Source of the DNA: Patescibacteria group bacterium
GTDB lineage: Bacteria; Patescibacteriota; Patescibacteriia; 2-01-FULL-39-33
Assembly: GCA_041662745.1 (NCBI GenBank)
Contig: JBAZRV010000002.1
Span: 60,001-92,000, forward strand
Reading direction: 5' to 3'
Length of the DNA stretch: 32,000 bases
Made by a program: the position numbers and the translations under genes. Below are positions 8,463 through 14,593 of this stretch, piece after piece. Position 1 is the stretch's first letter, and each line of letters opens with the position of its first letter. The notes under the pieces are model-generated. The model searched no databases. It saw nothing but the letters and a program-made list of their open reading frames with translations, and was not told the DNA's origin.

Positions 8463-8624
8463 GGGATTCGAACGGGTCAGCAGTGAAGCAAGTTCCGAGG
8501 CGGAAGCCGAGGAATGAAGCTGAACGCCGACAGTTGCGACCCTGGGAGCAACTGGCGCTGACCCGGGACAAATGAACTCGTCGCTTTTGGGCGGCGAGTG
8601 AGCGCGGAAATCCCTCCCGGCCCA
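8463..8624 (+). ncRNA. candidate structured RNA element, copy B
   Basis: Closed by GGGATT/AATCCC; helices GGGTCAGC/GCTGACCC, CAGTTGC/GCAACTG, TTCC/GGAA and CTCGTCGC/GCGGCGAG. Confidence 0.55.
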
Positions 8625-8631
8625 ATTTTGT

Positions 8632-8659
8632 AAAAGAGTGGTTAATCGCCGCTCTTTTT
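8632..8659 (+). terminator. Rho-independent terminator ending the repeat array
   Basis: AAAAGAGTGG TTAATCG CCGCTCTTTTT hairpin with T tract directly after the third tRNA-Tyr 3'-end copy. Confidence 0.7.
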
Positions 8660-8686
8660 GTTATAATAAATCCATAAAATAATTTT

Positions 8687-9538
8687 ATGGCAAATAATAA
8701 ACAAGTCACTATTTTTGAGGGTCAGAAAATTCGTCGGCATTATGATGAAAAAAATGAAAAATGGTATTTTTCGGTTATTGATATTATTGCCGTATTGATT
8801 GAACAACTTGATTTTAAAAAAGCCAAGAGTTATTGGGCAACTCTTAAAAATCGGCTAAGAATGGAGGGAAGTGAGGTGGTCACAAAATGTGACCAACTGA
8901 AAATGCAGTCGGCTGATGGGAAATTTTACCTGACTGATGTGGCCGATGTTGAAGTGATATTCCGTCTCATCCAGTCTGTGCCCAGCCCTAAAGCCGAGCC
9001 AATCAAGCTCTGGTTGGCTAAGGTTGGCTACGAAAGAATTGAGGAAATATCCGATCCTGAAAAAGCGCTTAATCGCAGCCGTGATTATTGGCAGAAAATG
9101 GGCCGAAGCAAGCAATGGATCCAGCAGAGGATGATGGGTCAGGAAATCAGGAACAAACTGACTGATTATTGGAAGGATAATGAAGTTAAGAAACAAGATG
9201 AATATGCTATTTTGACAAACATAATCCACGAGGAATGGAGTGATCTATCAGTTAAAGACCATAAGAAATTAAAGGGATTGAAGACGCAGAATTTACGCGA
9301 CCACATGAGTGATGCGGAATTGGTTTTTACGGCTTTGGCGGAATTATCTACTCGTCAGATCGCGGAGACTATGTCGACAAAGGGTTTAGAAGATAATAAA
9401 ATTCCCGCGAAAAGGGGTGGGCGAATTGCCAAGAATGCGCGGTTGGAATTGGAGCAAAAAACTGGCAGAAAAGTCGTCAGTGGAAATAATTTTTTTCAAT
9501 CGGCTAAAAGTGGTAAAAGACTAAAGGGTCAAGGTTGA
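8687..9538 (+). CDS. Bro-N domain / phage antirepressor-like (DinD-like) protein
   Basis: VTIFEGQKIRRHYDEKNEKWYFSVIDIIAVL...YWATLKNRL.. ..KCDQLKMQSADGKFYLTDVADVEVIFRLIQSVPSPKAEPIKLWLAKVGYERIEE is typical of the Bro-N/DinD group. Confidence 0.85.
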   Translation: MANNKQVTIFEGQKIRRHYDEKNEKWYFSVIDIIAVLIEQLDFKKAKSYWATLKNRLRMEGSEVVTKCDQLKMQSADGKFYLTDVADVEVIFRLIQSVPSPKAEPIKLWLAKVGYERIEEISDPEKALNRSRDYWQKMGRSKQWIQQRMMGQEIRNKLTDYWKDNEVKKQDEYAILTNIIHEEWSDLSVKDHKKLKGLKTQNLRDHMSDAELVFTALAELSTRQIAETMSTKGLEDNKIPAKRGGRIAKNARLELEQKTGRKVVSGNNFFQSAKSGKRLKGQG

Positions 9539-9643
9539 TTTTGCGGGGTTTTTGTATTGGTTTTTGACCGAGGTCGGATTAGATTCGAACTTTAGATAGT
9601 AAATAAATTTGAGATTTGGTATAATATAGCTATATTATTATTT

Positions 9644-10447
9644 ATGTATAATCCTCCAGCCATAAAATCCTCAAAATTTTGGCCATTACTTAAAATTGGT
9701 TTTAGTCGATTTGTTAAGGATTTTTTCTCGCTCAAATCTTTTTATGTATTGGCTTATAATTTTGTACCGTTTTTAGGAGTGATCTTAAATTACTACGACT
9801 TTTATACTCTGATTTTTGTTTACCTTTTTGAAACTGTCATCTTGGCTTTTTTTGCGATATATAAAACATACTATTTCAAATGGGAAGAAGTAATGATTTA
9901 TGCTCCAGTTACAATTATAATTGTCGGCTTTGTGACTTTTTTTGTTTGTTTTGTTGTGGTCGGTTCTATTTCTAGTGGTCAACCCTTTAAGCTAAGTAGC
10001 CTTCTTTTACACTATCCCTTAAAGAGTCCTCTCATAGTTATCGCTAACCTAATCTATTATACCCTTCAAGAGGGCTATTTAATGATTAAATCCATGCAGT
10101 CTGGCGTTATGAGCAAAGTTAAGAGTTATTTGTCATCAAATTTGATTAAAACTCAAAAGGATTATTTGTTTAATATCGTACTTAATCAAATAAATCCAGC
10201 CCTGGTCAGAGCGTCTACGCTGTTAGTAGCTGCTTTTTTTACTATGTTTGTTATTTTTCCTGCCGCGATAATATATATTTTTATCCGTGCTTATAGCAAC
10301 AGCGACATTCCTATCGAATATATATTTACTTATTCGGCGATGTTCAGTGTTTGTTTATGGAAGGGGATATTTGATATTTTAACTCGTATTAATGAAAAAT
10401 ATGATTCTGAAAAACTTAAGGAATTTGAGTTAAAATTAACGTCATAA
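9644..10447 (+). CDS. multi-pass membrane protein, function unknown
   Basis: Intact ORF with several strongly hydrophobic segments. Confidence 0.75.
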   Translation: MYNPPAIKSSKFWPLLKIGFSRFVKDFFSLKSFYVLAYNFVPFLGVILNYYDFYTLIFVYLFETVILAFFAIYKTYYFKWEEVMIYAPVTIIIVGFVTFFVCFVVVGSISSGQPFKLSSLLLHYPLKSPLIVIANLIYYTLQEGYLMIKSMQSGVMSKVKSYLSSNLIKTQKDYLFNIVLNQINPALVRASTLLVAAFFTMFVIFPAAIIYIFIRAYSNSDIPIEYIFTYSAMFSVCLWKGIFDILTRINEKYDSEKLKEFELKLTS

Positions 10448-10476
10448 TTTTTTTATTTTAACTTAAAAAATAATTT

Positions 10477-12411
10477 ATGAAAAAAATTATCATTTTGGCA
10501 TTCGCGCTGTTCGGTTCCTTGGCTCTTTTTATCGCCGTCTATGCGGATTATTCCCCGTCCCCAGGAGATATCATCAAAGTTGATGATAAGACAAAGCCCG
10601 CGCTGTATCTGATAGACAGCCAAGGAAATCGCCAATTATACTCTAATGCGGTCACATTCTGGACTTGGCATAGCGGCGATTGGAACAATATCAAGGATGT
10701 AAATGGCAATAAAGTGACGTTAAAGTTGATTAGCCAAAGCGATTTCGATAATATTCCGAGCACTAAAAATGTAGTTGCGAGAGCCAATTCGACTTTGCTG
10801 AAGTTCGACAATAGCGGCAATATTTATACTGTCGCTGATGATGGCGTAATCAACAAGGTTGCCACTAGTGATGATGATTCCGTAGCTAAAAAACTCTATG
10901 GCGATAATTATAAAAACCAAATAATTGTTATTCAAAATAGCTTTCAAAATGATTACATAGAGGGTCAGCCGTTGACTATTAGTTCAAGTGTACCCCAGCT
11001 AACACAACCGGGACAAGTACTATCTTATATTAGTTGTATTGATTCTGATTATGGATCAGATGGATCAGAGGCTATTTATGATTTCGGAAAAACTGTACTT
11101 AAAAACAGTAATGGAAACGATACTGCATATGAGGATTCTTGTTCTGATATATATACTAATAAAGAATGGCAGTGTAAGCATGATGGCACAATACAAGCTG
11201 AATCTTTTTATATAGAATGTAGTAATGGTTGTGAAAACGGTCATTGTGTAAAATCATTTGATTCTTCGGTCTGTACTGATTCGGATGGTGGACAAAACTA
11301 CACTGTTCAGGGAGTAATTCGTGGACTCGGTTGGGATAATAAACCCCATGCTAATTTTGACTCTTGCGTAGATGCAACCGTATTACGTGAAGGATTTTGC
11401 ATAGTTCCTACTGGAAACGTAGTAGGCACGCTTTCTTCAAAAGATGTAACTTGCCCCAGTGGTTGTAAAAATGGTGCCTGCGTAAATCCAGATACTAGTT
11501 GTGTTACTGGCCAGCATAAAGAAAATGATAACTGCATATCCGATTTTCAAACCTGCACTATTGCCAATGGTACGGCGCAAAAAAGTTGGAATGGGACTAC
11601 TTGGGGGGATTGCACGCTTGCTTCCTGCAATAGTGGTTATGAAAAATATAATAATGAATGTAAAAATAGCAGTTGTGTCGATTCTGATGGCGGTCAAAAT
11701 TATTATGTGAAAGGAACTGCTACTATGGGTTGGCAAACTACACCAGATTGGTGCTCAACAGACAGTACTGGCTTAAATTCGGGCTGGATAGTCGAAGCAT
11801 GGTGTGACAGTAATGGGATTAGGCAGGATTGGCACTTTTGTCCCGGTGGATGCAGCAACGGTACCTGTCTTCAAGCTACTAGCTGTTCTTCTGGTCAGCA
11901 TTTGGAAAATGATCGTTGTGAGGCCAATATAAAATCTTGCAATATGTTGTATGGAACGGGTCAGCAGACATGGGCTAATGGCGCCTGGAGCGATTGCCAA
12001 GCAGTATCTTGTAGTACAAATTATGAAATAAAAAATAATATCTGTGTTGCTGCAACAAAATATTGTAGTCAAACCGATGACGACACCGATACTGGTTTCG
12101 TAGTGGGTACTGGAATTCAAACCTGGAATGGCGATTCATGGGGTATGTGTAATGCGACCTCCTGTCTGCCAGGATTTGAATTGAATGGAAATAGGTGTTT
12201 TGCCTCTTTTCATCCTAATTGTGTTGATTATGATAGTGGTAAAGATTATTTTACTAAGAGTTATACTATGTTTGGTAGCGGTTTTGGCTATGATTATTGC
12301 GATACCAGTCATAATAATGATTTAGGCGAATGGTATTGTTTGAATAATATGTATAATTTGCAATATTATACTTGCCCCAAGGGTTGCAGTAATGGGGCTT
12401 GCATTCAATAA
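10477..12411 (+). CDS. secreted modular cysteine-rich protein, 644 aa
   Basis: Signal peptide (KKIIILAFALFGSLALFIAVYA); repeated modules of the type CxDSDGG...CPxGCxNGxC and GTxxQxWNGxxWxxCxxxSCxxxYExxNNxC. Confidence 0.8.
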   Translation: MKKIIILAFALFGSLALFIAVYADYSPSPGDIIKVDDKTKPALYLIDSQGNRQLYSNAVTFWTWHSGDWNNIKDVNGNKVTLKLISQSDFDNIPSTKNVVARANSTLLKFDNSGNIYTVADDGVINKVATSDDDSVAKKLYGDNYKNQIIVIQNSFQNDYIEGQPLTISSSVPQLTQPGQVLSYISCIDSDYGSDGSEAIYDFGKTVLKNSNGNDTAYEDSCSDIYTNKEWQCKHDGTIQAESFYIECSNGCENGHCVKSFDSSVCTDSDGGQNYTVQGVIRGLGWDNKPHANFDSCVDATVLREGFCIVPTGNVVGTLSSKDVTCPSGCKNGACVNPDTSCVTGQHKENDNCISDFQTCTIANGTAQKSWNGTTWGDCTLASCNSGYEKYNNECKNSSCVDSDGGQNYYVKGTATMGWQTTPDWCSTDSTGLNSGWIVEAWCDSNGIRQDWHFCPGGCSNGTCLQATSCSSGQHLENDRCEANIKSCNMLYGTGQQTWANGAWSDCQAVSCSTNYEIKNNICVAATKYCSQTDDDTDTGFVVGTGIQTWNGDSWGMCNATSCLPGFELNGNRCFASFHPNCVDYDSGKDYFTKSYTMFGSGFGYDYCDTSHNNDLGEWYCLNNMYNLQYYTCPKGCSNGACIQ

Positions 12412-12612
12412 CTAATTTATATTGTTTAGCGGTAAGGCAAGATAGTTTCTTTAGTTAAAGTGTAAATTTTTTTTTCGGTTCGGAATAACGGGATTCCGCG
12501 CCACATTACACTTGACAAGTGGTCAAACAATACCATAAGATATAAACATAAAGTCTCCTGCGCCAGTGAAAGCTGAGTGCAGGACTTTTGTTTTTTAATA
12601 CGAAATAAAAAG

Positions 12613-12639
12613 ACGCCGAGAACTTTCCGTTCTCGGCGT
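12613..12639 (-). terminator. predicted terminator of the 12662-13039 gene
   Basis: ACGCCGAGAAC/GTTCTCGGCGT stem; on the minus strand it is followed by CTTTTTATTT. Confidence 0.65.
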
Positions 12640-12661
12640 TTCGTACGATTTGAAAGATCAA

Positions 12662-13039
12662 TCACCCCCTCGCTTCTTTTATGAGTTGTTTGAACCTTTC
12701 AGTTTTTTCATCGAATTCAATGTAGAGCTCAACATTGGGAAAACGGCCAAAATCACCTCGTTCAAAATCGTCGGCGCTTTCGCCTGTCAGGAAAAAGATG
12801 AACCTTATTTGCGGATTTCTCTGCACGCATTCCAACAGTTTTTCCCATTGTCGGCGATTTAGTGTTGGATATACAAGTAATACATTAAGGTTTAATGGGT
12901 CATTGTCATCTCTCTCGTTATTGGCGCCTAGATATGATAACTTATCAATGTACTGGATATGAACTCCCTGTTCGTCGGCTAATTTGCAGAATACATGCAT
13001 GCAGCTTGGCATATGTTTATCAAACAACCCGATTCTCAT
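12662..13039 (-). CDS. hypothetical protein, 125 aa
   Basis: Intact ORF between a consensus promoter (13118-13146, minus) and a terminator. Family not recognised. Confidence 0.7.
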   Translation of the reverse strand: MRIGLFDKHMPSCMHVFCKLADEQGVHIQYIDKLSYLGANNERDDNDPLNLNVLLVYPTLNRRQWEKLLECVQRNPQIRFIFFLTGESADDFERGDFGRFPNVELYIEFDEKTERFKQLIKEARG

Positions 13040-13117
13040 TGCATTTCTCCTTCTTCGTTGTTATTTTTTAGCTTAATGAAAATGTAAAAGTGCGAGTAGA
13101 GAACAATCTTCGTCGCT

Positions 13118-13146
13118 ATTATATCCTGTTTACCGAATTTTGTCAA
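13118..13146 (-). promoter_or_regulatory. perfect consensus sigma70-type promoter for the 12662-13039 gene
   Basis: Minus strand TTGACA, 17 nt, TATAAT (plus-strand ATTATA 13118-13123 and TGTCAA 13141-13146). Confidence 0.75.
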
Positions 13147-13157
13147 GAAATTAGATG

Positions 13158-13186
13158 TTGACAAATTATATTATATGCTGTATGAT
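13158..13186 (+). promoter_or_regulatory. near-consensus sigma70-type promoter
   Basis: TTGACA (13158-13163), 17 nt, TATGAT (13181-13186), upstream of the 13346 gene. Confidence 0.65.
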
Positions 13187-13345
13187 ATATCATTAGTTCA
13201 TTAACAGGTTGATAAGTTTTATGTCCTGGCTTTCTTTTTGTTTAATTTAAGTTAAATCAGATAAAAAGAAAGCCGGGAAAAGTCCTGGTTTCTTCCTGGC
13301 CGTAGCGGTTGGGAATACTGCCTCACAGAGGCGGAAAGGCAAGTT

Positions 13346-14134
13346 ATGGCAAGACGCAAGGCAAGTGTGGCAGCTCTTTTGGCCATGCTGAAAGATCTGA
13401 GCCCGGAAGAATTATTGGCCTTGACGGACAATCCCGGCGAAGTGAAGAAGCTTGGTGGCGAGCTTGTCATCAAGGAAATCGTGAATACTTTCGCCATTCC
13501 CTTGTCCGACAGTGAGATGCTGGAGCGATTCCCGCAGTTCGCCGATCGTCTCATCCCCTGGCGCAAGCTGGCGGCTCTGATGGGCTACACTGGTCCCGTC
13601 GCCTGGCTTATCAAGCAGGGCTTCACACTGAAGAAGCACGCCCCGCTCGTCGGCCCCTGCTACGATAATCTCGGCTACCTTCAGGGCTGGAATTTCGGCG
13701 ACAATCCCACCGACGATTGCCTGGTGTTCTGGGTGCCCCGTTTGGCGAAGAATAGCACGGGCAAGACAATCAAAGCGATGGAAAAGCACCGCGCCGAACT
13801 CAAGAAGCGCTATAAGCTTCCTGGCAATCACGCGACCTACTTCGGCTCGATTCAACTCCAGTTTGCTCTCACCCTCGCGCATTTTAAGCGCACGGGCGAA
13901 CGCGTACCGCTGAATCTCCGCTATGCCGCGTCGGACACCTTGTATAACGGCTCTCGTCTCATCGCTGGCTCTTTCGAAGACAGCGGGTTCTACTGCGACC
14001 ATTGGGCCGAGTTTGGCTTCGGCGGTATCGGTTTCGTGCTTCTGGGAGTGGAGAAGCTCAATCAACAAAACTCCACACCTCAACCGGGAGATGAAAAATG
14101 CTTGAACGAAAAGCTCGGCAACGAAAGAAATTAG
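13346..14134 (+). CDS. hypothetical protein, 262 aa
   Basis: Intact ORF with plausible globular composition and an upstream consensus-like promoter. Confidence 0.7.
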   Translation: MARRKASVAALLAMLKDLSPEELLALTDNPGEVKKLGGELVIKEIVNTFAIPLSDSEMLERFPQFADRLIPWRKLAALMGYTGPVAWLIKQGFTLKKHAPLVGPCYDNLGYLQGWNFGDNPTDDCLVFWVPRLAKNSTGKTIKAMEKHRAELKKRYKLPGNHATYFGSIQLQFALTLAHFKRTGERVPLNLRYAASDTLYNGSRLIAGSFEDSGFYCDHWAEFGFGGIGFVLLGVEKLNQQNSTPQPGDEKCLNEKLGNERN

Positions 14135-14403
14135 CACTGGTTATCAGTTTGATGGTAATGGCGCCCTTGATGTTGATTCTGGCAGTCCTAACCGTTCAAG
14201 CGGAGAATCGCCTGGCAAAGCAGTCGCCGACAGTTGATCAGCAGTCTTCGCCGGCAGCTATGGATTCGTCGGCAGACATAGAACAGATAAGCAGTCCGGA
14301 AGCGAATAATTTGTCGCAAAAATACTTGAGCGGCATGAGAGGCCCGGACAGCTTTTATCTGGAACGGGCGGAAACGGAACAACAAGAAGCAAAAGAAAAG
14401 TAA
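14098..14403 (+). CDS. small membrane/secreted hypothetical protein, 101 aa
   Basis: Hydrophobic N-terminal segment (LALVISLMVMAPLMLILAVLTVQA); start overlaps the end of the preceding ORF by 37 nt; followed by a terminator. Confidence 0.65.
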   Translation: MLERKARQRKKLALVISLMVMAPLMLILAVLTVQAENRLAKQSPTVDQQSSPAAMDSSADIEQISSPEANNLSQKYLSGMRGPDSFYLERAETEQQEAKEK

Positions 14404-14410
14404 GCACAAG

Positions 14411-14434
14411 AAACGGACCATCGCGGTCCGTTTT
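14411..14434 (+). terminator. Rho-independent terminator
   Basis: AAACGGACC ATCGC GGTCCGTTTT. Confidence 0.75.
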
Positions 14435-14593
14435 AAAATTCATGGCTTTATCCGTATTAGCGGGGCAGTCGTTCAATTTTTGTTTTATCACCCTTGATTT
14501 TATTCCGTTATCTGTTATGATACAATAATTATATAAATTCGCTAAAAATCACCAGCCTTGAGCCGGCGAGCCAAGATAAAATAAGATAAACTT

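Larger units (their letters stand above)
8173..8624 (+). repeat. tRNA-Tyr 3'-end-anchored tandem repeat array (two ~218-nt units)
   Basis: AATCCCTCCCGGCCCA occurs exactly at 8173-8188 (in tRNA-Tyr), 8392-8407 and 8609-8624. GGATTCGAAC occurs at 8247-8256 and 8464-8473. Confidence 0.9.

Noticed and set aside
8247-8624. Annotating the two elements directly as HEARO/omega RNA
   Set aside because: Only a vague resemblance and no IscB/IsrB-like gene in the window; needs cmscan before any such name is used.
8211-8709. Minus-strand ORFs (8211-8408, 8428-8709) sharing GREGFP
   Set aside because: The shared peptide is simply the translation of the repeated tRNA-Tyr 3' end; the structured-RNA/repeat explanation is stronger. 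By analogy with E. coli tpr a protein is not excluded.
12426-12665. Minus-strand 79-aa ORF
   Set aside because: Basic low-information translation crossing the predicted terminator and hairpins; better explained as intergenic DNA.
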